64,000 bases of DNA from Myxococcales bacterium (GCA_045863395.1 BTVJ01000009.1:1-64000), one strand, 5' to 3'; shown: positions 10,082-21,479, numbered from the stretch's first letter. The notes: a model not told the origin generated them from the sequence alone. Numbers and translations are program-made.

Positions 10082-10621
10082 CTACAGGTCCTCGCTGACC
10101 AGCGGTGGCAGCTCCTGGTCGACGCGCGGCAGGTTCGGCATCTCCACGAGGGGCTGGTAGCCCCGCTGCGGGTAGTCCTTGCGCAGCGGGTGCCCCTGGA
10201 ACTCCTCGTAAAGAAGGATGCGGCGGTGGTCGGGTGAGCCGCGGAACTTGATGCCGATCATGTCCCAGGTCTCCCGCTCGGCCCAGTTGGCGCTGCCCCA
10301 AAGGTGGCTCACCGAGTCCACCGTCGGGTCCTCGGCAGTCACCAGGACCTTCACGCGGAGGCGGTGCTTCTGGCGCAGCGAGTGGAGGTGGTACGCCACC
10401 TGGAGCGGCGCGCCGTCGTGCCCGGGGAGGCGGCTCAGATCGGCGCCGCACACGTCGACCAGCATGGCGAAGTCCATCTCCGGGTCGTCCCGCAGGAACT
10501 TCATGAGGGGGAGCAGCCCCTCCCGGCGGATCACCACCGCCTCGTCGCCACGGTGGTTCGACGTGGAGACGACGAAGGCCCCGAACTTCTCAGTGACGCG
10601 ATCCAATACCTTCTGGCTCAT
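10082..10621 (-). CDS. nuoC: NADH-quinone oxidoreductase subunit C
   Basis: ANWAERETWDM.GIKF, RRIL, GHPLRKDYP. Confidence 0.95.
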   Translation of the reverse strand: MSQKVLDRVTEKFGAFVVSTSNHRGDEAVVIRREGLLPLMKFLRDDPEMDFAMLVDVCGADLSRLPGHDGAPLQVAYHLHSLRQKHRLRVKVLVTAEDPTVDSVSHLWGSANWAERETWDMIGIKFRGSPDHRRILLYEEFQGHPLRKDYPQRGYQPLVEMPNLPRVDQELPPLVSEDL

Positions 10622-10635
10622 CGAGGCTCCAACGG

Positions 10636-11019
10636 TCAGTCCCACTTCAAGGCGCCGCGCTTCCAGACGTACACCAAGCCGAGCGCGAGGATTCCGAGGA
10701 ACACGAACATCTCGGTGAACGCCACCATCGCGAACGCGGGGTCGGCGAGCCACGACTTGTACAGCACGGCCCAGGGGATGAGAAACACCGCCTCGATGTC
10801 GAAGACGATGAAGAAGATGGCGACCATGTAGAACTTGATGCTGAAGCGCTGGCGGGCGCTCGTCAGCGGGACCTCGCCGGCCTCGAAGGGCTCCAGCTTG
10901 GTCTTGGTCAACCGCTTCGGCCCCAGCACGTAGTTCAAGACGAGACCGACCCCCATCATCCCGGCACAGATCACCAGGGTTACGAGGATCGGGAGGTAGG
11001 GAAGATGGCTCTCGAGCAC
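10636..11019 (-). CDS. nuoA: NADH-quinone oxidoreductase subunit A
   Basis: PFEAG, KFYMVAIFFIVFDIE, KRGALKW; GTG start with GGAGGG RBS. Confidence 0.95.
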   Translation of the reverse strand: MLESHLPYLPILVTLVICAGMMGVGLVLNYVLGPKRLTKTKLEPFEAGEVPLTSARQRFSIKFYMVAIFFIVFDIEAVFLIPWAVLYKSWLADPAFAMVAFTEMFVFLGILALGLVYVWKRGALKWD

Positions 11020-11391
11020 GGTCGCCCTCCCGTTTTTTCCTTTAGTTTCCGACACGTAACTCAAGTGAACGGCCGGAAGGCGCCCCTTGATTACCACAGC
11101 CCGTGGGGTGGGTCAACCTGCTGTTGTGCGGCGGAGCCATCAAAGGTGCCAGGAGGGTTTCGAGGGGGTGCGGCGGGCAGCGCGGTGAGCGCTTGGAGAT
11201 CACCCCACGCTGCGTCTGCGCCATGCGGTTCGACCCCGACGCAGGCGGGTTCGGGTTCGCTGCCAACAAGAAAACCGTCTTGTTTTCATGCCGTTGCGCC
11301 GGCCGGGCTCAGGAAGTTCGGAGGATTGTCACCGACGGCCCTCACTTCGAGGGTTGCGCGCCCAAACGCTTTGATGGTATTCACCCCGGTC

Positions 11392-12180
11392 ATGAGCACG
11401 CGAAATGGTCACATCCGCTCGGTCCTCGCCCTCGTGGTGACCGTGCCCCTGATCTTCGTCGGCGCGCTGGCAGTGGCGGCCCCTGGCTCCGACGGCGCAA
11501 CCGAGGCGAGCCTCCCGGGTGCCTCCCAATTGGCGAGCCCTGTGTCCGACGCGGCCTCCCCGTCGACGCAGGAGGCCAGGAGCAGCCGGTCCAGCAAAGC
11601 CAAGAAGGCGAACGTGGCTCCCAAGGCCAAGCGGACGAAGAGTTCCCGCGCGGCCTCGACCGGGTCCCGCCGAGGCTTCGAGCTCCTCCCAGCGTCGGGG
11701 ACCGGTTACTACCACTACGCCGGCGGTGACGACCCCACCAGCGACGTCTGGGGCCACCCGTCGACCATCCAGTGCGTCGAGGAGGTGTCTCGCAAGTGGG
11801 CGGCCCGCTATCCTCGGAGGCCGCGCATCGGGGTGGGCGACATCAGCCTCAAGAATGGGGGCACGTTCCGCCCGCACCGGTCGCACCGCAACGGGGTGGA
11901 CGTGGACATCCGGCCCATGAAGGCCCGTGGCGAGGGCCCCGTGTCCGTGGGTCAGCCGAGCTACTCCCGCAAGCACACCAAGGACATGATCGAGCTGTTC
12001 ATCGAGACCTGCAACGTCAAGCGGGTCTACTTCAACGACATGACGCTCGCCCGCAAGATGGACAAGGTCAGCACCCACCCGGGGCACCACAACCACGTCC
12101 ACTTCACCCTGCACGCCCCCAAGGGCCGCGCCCTCGCCTCATCGGGGCGTCACGGCTCGCCTTCGCCCGCATACAAGTAG
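11392..12180 (+). CDS. Penicillin-insensitive murein endopeptidase (MepA-like LAS metallopeptidase) with N-terminal TM/signal and basic linker
   Basis: WG.P, IGVGDIS..GG, HRSHRNGVDVD (H-x6-D), HHNHVH (HxH). Confidence 0.85.
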   Translation: MSTRNGHIRSVLALVVTVPLIFVGALAVAAPGSDGATEASLPGASQLASPVSDAASPSTQEARSSRSSKAKKANVAPKAKRTKSSRAASTGSRRGFELLPASGTGYYHYAGGDDPTSDVWGHPSTIQCVEEVSRKWAARYPRRPRIGVGDISLKNGGTFRPHRSHRNGVDVDIRPMKARGEGPVSVGQPSYSRKHTKDMIELFIETCNVKRVYFNDMTLARKMDKVSTHPGHHNHVHFTLHAPKGRALASSGRHGSPSPAYK

Positions 12181-12210
12181 CCCCCCGTCACAGCACCGTG
12201 GTTGGAATCC

Positions 12211-14502
12211 TCAGCGTCTGTGGAACGACGGGGCGTACTGAAGCCAGTGCAGCTCGTTGTCCAGGAGCGCTGCCGATGGGCGACCCTGGGGCTGCCGCAT
12301 GGTGGCATCCACCGCGCTGACCACCTTCTCGGGCGACAGGACGGTCGCGCGAAACAGGGTCGGCGCCATCCCGGGGGACGGGACCTCCTCCATGGAGGCG
12401 ATCCGCGAGACCAGGCCCGGGTGGGCCTCGGCCATGTCGGCCTGGATCTGCCGCGCGAGGCTCGCGAAGGCCCGGTCCTCGGTCGCCACGACGAGGCGGC
12501 CCGTCCGCGCCACGGAGCGGGAGATCGCCTCGCGGTCGTACGGCACCAAGGTCCTGAGGTCGAACAGATCGACCCGCACACGAGCCGGGTCCGAGGCGCT
12601 CGGCGCCCGAGCGGCGAGTGCGCGCGCAGCCACCACGGCCTTGTGGAAGGCGACGCCCCAGGCGACGACGGTGCAGTCCGCCCCCTCCAGGACGTGCCGG
12701 GCCTTGCCGAAGGGGACCTCGAACGGGCGGACGGTGGGGATCCCGTCCTCGTCGCCGCACGGCACCTCGCCGGGCAGCCGAGGGCCCGCCTGGAGCAGGG
12801 CGTCCAGCGTGGGGCGCGCAGGATCGTGGCGCACACGATAGAGGTCCTTCGGCTCCAGGAAGATCACCGGCCCCCGGTGCATGGACGCGGTGCGGAGCAG
12901 CCCAAAGGCGTCGAAGGCGCAGGTCGGCATGCAGATCACGACGCTCGGCAGGTGCGCGTAGTAGCTCTCCACGCTCATGGAGTGGTAGATGGCGCCGGTC
13001 AGCGTCGGGTCGCTCGGCATGCGGAAGGTCACGTTCGGCGAGACCTGGCCGCGGGTCGCCCACCGGAGGTGCGCCGCGTGGAACAGCCAGTGGAGCGTGT
13101 TCAGGCTGTAGTCGGCGAACTGGATCTCCGGCAGGATGGCCAGGTCGCCGTGGAGCGCAGCCCCGACCGCCGTCCCGGCGATCAGCGGCTCATTGATGGG
13201 CGTGTTGAGCACCCGCCCCGGGTATTTCTCGGGCAGGAAGCGGGTGCAGCCAAACACCCCGCCCAAGGTGGCGCCCACGTCCTCGCCCCAGATGGCCGCC
13301 TTCCCGCCCTCCAGGATCGAGTCGAGCGCAGCGCGGATCGCCTGGGCCATGGTGAGCTCGGACTTGGGGCCGTCCCAGGGAGACAGCGGCTCCGAGACCT
13401 GCGGGAGCGGGGCCATCGCAAACTCGAAGATGGACTCCGGCGCGGGCTTGGGCTCGGCGAACACGGCGTCGCGCATGGCCCGAAGCTCGGCGCGAATCCC
13501 CTCCGCCAGTGGGTTCTCCTCGTAGTTGGCCAGGTAGCGGGTGCGGTTGTTGGGCCACGGCGAGCGCGGGCGCAGCGCCTCGTCCTCGGTGATGACGCCC
13601 TCGTCGACCAGCCAGCGCCCCAGCTCCACGACCGGGTCGAGGGCCTCCGGGTCGAAGTCCTTGAGGTTGCTCGAGGAGTGGCCACGAAAGCGCGTGACCT
13701 TCGAGTAGACCACGGCCGGCGTGCCGGTGCGCAGGACGTGCCCCGCCCCGGCCGCCACCGCGTCGTAGGTCGCGCTGAAGGACTCGTCGTCCGCCGCGAA
13801 GTAGGAGATGCCGTAGCCCCGCACGAAGGACCGCACGTCGATGATCGGGCGCCCATGGCTCGGCGGCGTCGAGATGGCGATGCTGTTGTCCGTGATCACG
13901 AAGAGCACCGGCAGGTCCCACAGTCCGGCTGCGCTCAGCGCCTCGTGGAAGTCGCTGCACCCCATGGTGCCGTCGCCCAGGACCGCCACCGCCAGCGCTC
14001 CGCGATCCGTACCCTTGAGTCGCCAGCCCATGGCGTAGCCGGCTGCCTTGCCGAGCTGCATCCCCAGGGCGCTCTGGTTGGGCTGGATGCCGTAATCGAC
14101 CATGGAGACGTGCATGACCATCTGGCGCCCGCCCGCGCTCGGGCAGGTCGCGCGCGCCGCCTGCTGGCGGAGCTGGTCGAGCACGAAGTCGTCGTAGCCG
14201 GACAAGCGCAGCACCCCGTCCACCAGGGCGTCGGAGCGGTAGTGGCCGAAGATGGCGAGGCGGTCCGCGGCAGGCTGTCCCACCGGCAGTCCCATCGTGT
14301 CCCAGACCGCGTGGGCCGTGGCGTAGCCGTGGACCTCCTCCCCCATTCCGCCGATGTAGAAGCCGCCTATCTCGTGCTGCCCCTTGAGCTTCATGTCGAT
14401 CTTCTCGTCCAGGCACAGCCGCATGCGCAGCGCCTGGACGTAGATCTGCCGCAGCCGCTCGCTCGCGATGCCTGCCGGCTGCTCTGGGGCTCTGGACTCC
14501 AC
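12211..14502 (-). CDS. Fused E1 alpha/beta 2-oxoacid (branched-chain/pyruvate-type) dehydrogenase
   Basis: TPP motif GDG...DN; beta-subunit motifs GEDV..GGVF, NTPINE, EIQFADY, EPKDLYR, DLRTLVPYD. Confidence 0.9.
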   Translation of the reverse strand: MESRAPEQPAGIASERLRQIYVQALRMRLCLDEKIDMKLKGQHEIGGFYIGGMGEEVHGYATAHAVWDTMGLPVGQPAADRLAIFGHYRSDALVDGVLRLSGYDDFVLDQLRQQAARATCPSAGGRQMVMHVSMVDYGIQPNQSALGMQLGKAAGYAMGWRLKGTDRGALAVAVLGDGTMGCSDFHEALSAAGLWDLPVLFVITDNSIAISTPPSHGRPIIDVRSFVRGYGISYFAADDESFSATYDAVAAGAGHVLRTGTPAVVYSKVTRFRGHSSSNLKDFDPEALDPVVELGRWLVDEGVITEDEALRPRSPWPNNRTRYLANYEENPLAEGIRAELRAMRDAVFAEPKPAPESIFEFAMAPLPQVSEPLSPWDGPKSELTMAQAIRAALDSILEGGKAAIWGEDVGATLGGVFGCTRFLPEKYPGRVLNTPINEPLIAGTAVGAALHGDLAILPEIQFADYSLNTLHWLFHAAHLRWATRGQVSPNVTFRMPSDPTLTGAIYHSMSVESYYAHLPSVVICMPTCAFDAFGLLRTASMHRGPVIFLEPKDLYRVRHDPARPTLDALLQAGPRLPGEVPCGDEDGIPTVRPFEVPFGKARHVLEGADCTVVAWGVAFHKAVVAARALAARAPSASDPARVRVDLFDLRTLVPYDREAISRSVARTGRLVVATEDRAFASLARQIQADMAEAHPGLVSRIASMEEVPSPGMAPTLFRATVLSPEKVVSAVDATMRQPQGRPSAALLDNELHWLQYAPSFHRR

Positions 14503-14531
14503 GCGTGTACTCCGGGACGTTGAGGGGAGGT

Positions 14532-16319
14532 TCAGAATGAGAAGCGGGTCTGCTCGACGATCCAGTCGACGAAGGCGTCCAGCGTCAGCTCCAGGCTCTT
14601 GCGCCCCTGCCCGCGCTCACGCACGTTCACCGTCCGCTCGTCCTGCTCCTTCTGGCCGACCGTCACCATGAACGGCACACGGTCCAGCTCGGCGAGGCGC
14701 ACCTTGGCGCCGATCTTGTCGTCGCTCGCGTCCAGCTCCGAGCGGATGCCCGCCGCCAGCAGGCGCTCGTTGACCTCGCGGCCGTAGTCGACGAACTTCT
14801 CGCTGATCGTCATGACCGTGGCCTGCACCGGGTGCAGCCACGCCGGGAAGGCGCCCGCGAAGTGCTCGATCATGATGGCCATGAAGCGCTCGAAGCTGCC
14901 GTAGATGGCGCGGTGGATGACCACCGGCGTCTCCTCGGTGTTGGCCTCGGAGATGTACGACAGCCCGAAGTTCACCGGGAGCTGCACGTCGAGCTGGATG
15001 GTCGCGGTCTGGTGCTCGCGACCCAGGCTGTCTTTGACCTTGAGGTCGATCTTGGGGCCGTAGAAGGCTCCTTCGCCCTCCTCCACCGTGAAGTCCACCC
15101 CCGACTCCTTCAGGAAGGCGAGCAGCTCGCCCTCGGCCTTGTCCCACATGGCCGGGTCGCCCATGGCCTTCTCCGGGCGGGTCGAGAACACGACCCGGTA
15201 GGTCATGCCGAAGGCGGAGTAGACCCGGTCCACGAGCCCCATGACCCGCCGCACCTCGTCGGCGATCATGTCCTTGCTGATGAAGATGTGGGCGTCGTCC
15301 TGCCGGAACATGCGCACGCGGGTGAGGCCGCCCAGCGACCCCGTCGGCTCGTTGCGGTGCAGCACCCCCTGGTCGTGGAGCCGCAGCGGCAGCTCCCGGT
15401 AGCTCCGCCGTCGCGAGCCGAAGATCAGCATGTGGCTCGGGCAGTTCATGGGCTTGAGCCCGTGGCAGGTGTCCCCGTCCTGGAAGCTGAACATGTTCTC
15501 GCGGAAGTGCTGCCAGTGGCCGCTCGTCTCCCACAGCTTCTGGTTGAAGAGCTGGGGCGTCGACACCTCGACGTAGCCGTTGTCCAGCAGCAGCTCCAGC
15601 ATCTTGCGCTGGAGCACCCGGTACACCGTCGCGCCCTTCGGCAGCCAGAAGATGCTCCCCGGCGCCCACTCGTGGGTCATGAACAGCTCGAGCTGCTTGC
15701 CCAGGCGGCGGTGGTCACGCTTCTTGGCCTCCTCGAGCCGCTCCAGGTACTGGTCCAGCTCCGCCTTGGAGGGCCACACGGTCCCGTAGACCCGCTGCAG
15801 CATGGGCTTGGTGGAGTCGCCCCGCCAGTAGGCCCCCGCGACGGTCAGGAGCTTGAAGTGCTTGAGCTTGCTCGCGTACTTGACGTGGGGCCCCGCGCAG
15901 AGGTCCACAAAGTCGCCGAGCTTGTAGATGGACACCGTCTCCGACGGGATGCCACTGATGAGCTCCAGCTTGTAGGTCTGGTCGCGCTCGCCGAACCACT
16001 GGAGCGCCTGCTCCTTGGACCACGTCTCGTGCAGGAGCGGCAGGTTGCGCTTCGCGATGTCGCGCATGCGCTCCTCGATCACCTCCAGATCGTCGGTCGA
16101 GATGGGCGCCGCCAGCTCCATGTCGTAGTAGAAGCGGTTGGTGCCGTCCTTCGTGGGCGGGCCGATGGCGAAGCGCGCCTCGGGGTGTAGCTCCCGCACG
16201 GCGGCGGCCATCAGGTGGGCCGTGGAGTGCAGCAGGCAGTACTGCTGGTACTTCTCGGGGCTCTCGAAGTCGGACTCCGAGAGCGCGATCTCGCTGTCGT
16301 TCAGATGCTCGTCGGCCAT
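14532..16319 (-). CDS. thrS: Threonine--tRNA ligase lacking the N-terminal TGS domain
   Basis: HSTAH, DLCAGPH, GAYWRGD, RDHRRLG, LKPMNCP, GAFYGPKID, HRAIYGSFERF. Confidence 0.97.
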   Translation of the reverse strand: MADEHLNDSEIALSESDFESPEKYQQYCLLHSTAHLMAAAVRELHPEARFAIGPPTKDGTNRFYYDMELAAPISTDDLEVIEERMRDIAKRNLPLLHETWSKEQALQWFGERDQTYKLELISGIPSETVSIYKLGDFVDLCAGPHVKYASKLKHFKLLTVAGAYWRGDSTKPMLQRVYGTVWPSKAELDQYLERLEEAKKRDHRRLGKQLELFMTHEWAPGSIFWLPKGATVYRVLQRKMLELLLDNGYVEVSTPQLFNQKLWETSGHWQHFRENMFSFQDGDTCHGLKPMNCPSHMLIFGSRRRSYRELPLRLHDQGVLHRNEPTGSLGGLTRVRMFRQDDAHIFISKDMIADEVRRVMGLVDRVYSAFGMTYRVVFSTRPEKAMGDPAMWDKAEGELLAFLKESGVDFTVEEGEGAFYGPKIDLKVKDSLGREHQTATIQLDVQLPVNFGLSYISEANTEETPVVIHRAIYGSFERFMAIMIEHFAGAFPAWLHPVQATVMTISEKFVDYGREVNERLLAAGIRSELDASDDKIGAKVRLAELDRVPFMVTVGQKEQDERTVNVRERGQGRKSLELTLDAFVDWIVEQTRFSF

Positions 16320-16379
16320 GACTCTCACCTCGCGGGCGCACTCCAGGGGGGGCCACTTTGTCCAATCGGGGCGCGCCCG

Positions 16380-18335
<1,956 letters not shown>

Positions 18336-18347
18336 GGGGGCAAGGGG

Positions 18348-19097
18348 TCAGCGGGCCGCGAACCAGGTGTTGCAGGCGTCGCTGAACTCGGGGATCTCCA
18401 GCTCATCCAGGTTGGGGATCAGCACGATCTCCACGCGCCGGTTGAGCTGGCGCCCCTCGGGGGTGTCATTGGTGGCCACGGGCTGGTAGAAGGCGAAGCC
18501 GGCCGCTGACAGGCGCTCGGGCGGGTAGGCCGACTCGATCATCCTCCACATGACGCTCATCGCCCGATCAAGGGACAGGCGCCAGTTGATCTCGGCGCTC
18601 CCCACGTTGTCCGTGTGGCCCGAGACCTGGAACTGGCGCCCGATGGCGGCGAGCAGCGGCGCCAGCTCCGCGACCGCCATGTCGCCCTCGGGCTTCAGCT
18701 TGCTCTTGCCGGTGTCGAAGAGGATCGCCTCGGCGATCTGCACGATGAGCCGCCCGCCCTTCTTGACCACGGTGATCTTGCCTTGGGCCTCCATGTCACG
18801 CAGCGACGCGGCGAGGCGGTCGAGCACCTCCTTCCGCTTGGCGGCGATGGCCTTCAGCTCCTCGATCTTGCGCAGGGCGTCCGAGAGGCTGCCCGAGATG
18901 TTGCCCTTCTCGCGGGCCAACGCGGCGTAGTCCTCCAGACAGCGCCGCTTCTCTGCGGCGAGCTGCTCACCCTCGGCGCGAAGGCCGGCGATCTGCTCTT
19001 TGAGGTTGGCGACGTCGCGCTTGTAGATGTCCTCGTTCACGCCACAGGACGCGACGAGGGCGACGACGGGCAACCAGAGAAGGCGTGCTGATGGCAT
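18348..19097 (-). CDS. OmpA/MotB-family lipoprotein with coiled coil
   Basis: Lipobox VASC, coiled coil, ILFDTG, GHTDN, NWRLSLDRA, NRRVEIV. Confidence 0.88.
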   Translation of the reverse strand: MPSARLLWLPVVALVASCGVNEDIYKRDVANLKEQIAGLRAEGEQLAAEKRRCLEDYAALAREKGNISGSLSDALRKIEELKAIAAKRKEVLDRLAASLRDMEAQGKITVVKKGGRLIVQIAEAILFDTGKSKLKPEGDMAVAELAPLLAAIGRQFQVSGHTDNVGSAEINWRLSLDRAMSVMWRMIESAYPPERLSAAGFAFYQPVATNDTPEGRQLNRRVEIVLIPNLDELEIPEFSDACNTWFAAR

Positions 19098-19395
19098 CCT
19101 GAGTCCTCCTGGTTCGTTCCGACCAAGCGGACATACCAGATTCCCCCGGGGAAGGGAAGCGCCCACGTGACCGCCACGCCCCTCGCCAGCAGGTGAGCCG
19201 TCCTCGGGGCACCACCACCGAGCGCCTCACGGCAGCACCGCTGGACCCGCCTCGCCCCTCGCACGCCCCAGAGGGCGTCGACGACCCGGGAGCCAGGCGC
19301 GTGGCGCCCTTCTCACGGGGGACCCGCGGTCTATGCTGAACCATGTGCTGCCGCGTTGCGGTGCGGCGCAGGTCGAGCAACAGGGAGGTGAGGCC

Positions 19396-19593
19396 GTGCA
19401 GGACATCGGCGTGGACACGACGCTGGACCGTGAGGGAGAGGAGCACACGCACCCACGGGCAAACCGCCCGCGATCCCGCCTCCGGACCTGGGAGGTCCGG
19501 GCTCGCGAGGTGGTGGTGCAGCGCCCCGTGGCATCGGTCCTCGCCGCAGTCGCGGTGGGGTACGTGATCGCCCGCCTGGTGACCAGGCGTTGA
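19396..19593 (+). CDS. Small DUF883/ElaB-like membrane-anchored protein
   Basis: GGAGG RBS; C-terminal RP..S...A..VGYVIARL..RR tail. Confidence 0.55.
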   Translation: MQDIGVDTTLDREGEEHTHPRANRPRSRLRTWEVRAREVVVQRPVASVLAAVAVGYVIARLVTRR

Positions 19594-19605
19594 ACAGGAG
19601 GAGCC

Positions 19606-19938
19606 ATGAGGGTCGAGTCAACCGAGGACCTGCCGCAAGGCCACGTGGACGCGATGCTCGCCCTGTCCCGCCAGGCACGCGCGGACGCCCGCGATCTCGC
19701 CGGCTCCGTGGCGCTGCTCGCGGAGGAGGCGCGCACGGCGCTCGTCGAGCAGGTCGAGAGGCGGCCATACGTCACCATGGGCGTCGCCGCTGGGCTGGGC
19801 TATGTCGTAGGGGTGGTTCTCCCGCGGTCGAGCCGCCGGGCGCTGCGAGCGGGTGGGCACGTTGCGCTGGGCGTGGCCATCTCGCGGGCGCTCGCGGCGA
19901 TCGGCCGCGCTTCACCGGGCAGGACACACAGCGGCTGA
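19606..19938 (+). CDS. Small DUF883/ElaB-like protein
   Basis: AGGAGG RBS; RRPYVTMGVAAGLGYVVG motif. Confidence 0.65.
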   Translation: MRVESTEDLPQGHVDAMLALSRQARADARDLAGSVALLAEEARTALVEQVERRPYVTMGVAAGLGYVVGVVLPRSSRRALRAGGHVALGVAISRALAAIGRASPGRTHSG

Positions 19939-20013
19939 GAACGCCGGCCCAGCGGGCTGTGTCGGCGACCTGAGCGTACACAGGCCGGGGTCAACCCCGA
20001 ACAGGAGGCACAG

Positions 20014-20250
20014 ATGAGCTTCGACAAGATCAACAAGGAAGAGATCCTCAAGTCCCTCGGGCTGGAGCCGCGGCGGTCCACGGCGGGCCTCGCCTTCACG
20101 GCGCTCGGGGTCTTCGGCGCCGGACTCATCGTGGGCGCGGGGGTGGGAATGCTGCTCGCGCCCAAGGCCGGGAACGAGCTGCGGTCGGACATCCGTGACC
20201 GCGTCCGCCGGCACCGAGAGGAGGTCGAGGAGCTCCCCACCACCCACTGA
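20014..20250 (+). CDS. YtxH-domain protein
   Basis: GAGVGMLLAPKAGNELR motif; AGGAGG RBS. Confidence 0.85.
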   Translation: MSFDKINKEEILKSLGLEPRRSTAGLAFTALGVFGAGLIVGAGVGMLLAPKAGNELRSDIRDRVRRHREEVEELPTTH

Positions 20251-20339
20251 CACTGGTCACCGTAAGCATGGCGGCAGCTCGGGGGGCAGGTGCCGGGGGG
20301 GCCTCGACGCCGCCGACCCCCGCGGGCCCACGGCGGTCT

Positions 20340-20591
20340 GGCGTATCAGACCACCCGCGCTGCCTCCAACGGCTGCGCGCCGACGCCGTCAAGGCGGGGA
20401 CAACGGCACGGGCCGCGCAGTTGGCCGCATCCAACGAACTCAAGGCAGCCAACAAGGACATCGCCAACCTGATCACCCGCATCCGCAGCACGACCCGCGG
20501 GAAGTACGGCGCCGACTCCACCGAGTGGGAGCTTGTCGGGGGCGTCCGCACATCGGAGCGCAAGAAGAAGAAGGCGAAGGCGCAGGACTGA
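20340..20591 (+). pseudogene. Probable 3' remnant of a conserved helical hypothetical protein
   Basis: The C-terminal KYGADSTEWELVGGVRTSERKKK looks like genuine coding sequence, but there is no convincing start/RBS and the 5' part looks non-coding. The 5' boundary is approximate. Confidence 0.5.
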
Positions 20592-20629
20592 GGGCCCCGT
20601 TGCCACGTCACGGGCTTCCAGCACACTCA

Positions 20630-20793
20630 CAGGGTCAGCAACAAATATGCGCGCGGCCCTCATGCGCCGAGTTCGCGGCGGATCGGCCTCGGCCAATTGT
20701 GTGGTTGTCCTCCTGGTACCTCCCGGGGTTGGCCGGGACCGAGCCGCCCGAAGGCGGCCATGAGGGGCGTGCAGCTATTTGTTGCTGACCCTG
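20630..20793. mobile_element. 164-bp MITE-like element, copy 1
   Basis: Perfect 17-bp TIR CAGGGTCAGCAACAAAT/ATTTGTTGCTGACCCTG, flanked by TCA direct repeats; inverted homolog at 51539-51702. Confidence 0.85.
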
Positions 20794-21479
20794 TCAGCGC
20801 GTGGCCACCATCCCGTCCGTCTCTCCGGCGGCGAGGCGCCGACGTGCTCTCAGGAGATCTCCCCGCCGACGATGGCCAGTCTGCACCAGGTGTCACGTCA
20901 CTCTTCGATCCATGCATCAGCACAGACCCAATCCGCCCTGCTGCCCGGTGTCCGCGGACGGGCGGTGCTTCCAGCACCAAGGGCCCGCCGAGGAGTGAGA
21001 CACGCAGTACCGGCGCCACGGAACCAAACACAGGTATCGTCCAGGCAAGACAAGCGATATCCCGTCTGTCATGCTACGGCGGCCACGAGGTCCGTGGCGA
21101 TGCCTGATGGTACATTCTACGGACAGTCGTCCATTCTTTGCTATTGCACAAACCAGAGATCCGCCTCACCATCCAGGCGAACCGGCGGAGCCTCACCGTC
21201 AGGTGCGAAACAGGCTCGCATCGAGTGTGAAACAAGGGAGCGGAACCATGACAAAGCACAAGGACGCCACGACGAGAAATCCGGCCCGTACCGGGCAAGG
21301 ACGCCCAGGAATCGCAACACTTGCGATCATGCTGGCATTCGCGCCGGGCGAGTCGAAGGCAGCCCCCCCCTGCAACGAGTGAGCCAATAGCGTAGGTTCT
21401 GGCGGAGACCCTTGCGACTCTGCCAGAGATTGGGGTCACCGTCTCGAAGCAGAAGATACTCCTCTCGGACGGGACGCCC

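Noticed and set aside
12202..14523. Long antisense or alternate-frame ORFs (also 30119-32827, 32853-35030, 35158-37257, 46701-48662, 61289-64000)
   Set aside because: These are shadow ORFs typical of high-GC DNA; they overlap well-supported genes and carry no recognisable motifs.
21393..21395. Pyrrolysine or amber recoding of the in-frame TAG
   Set aside because: No pyl genes in the window, TAG serves as a normal stop for several genes here, and a frameshift is also needed; mutation is the simpler explanation.
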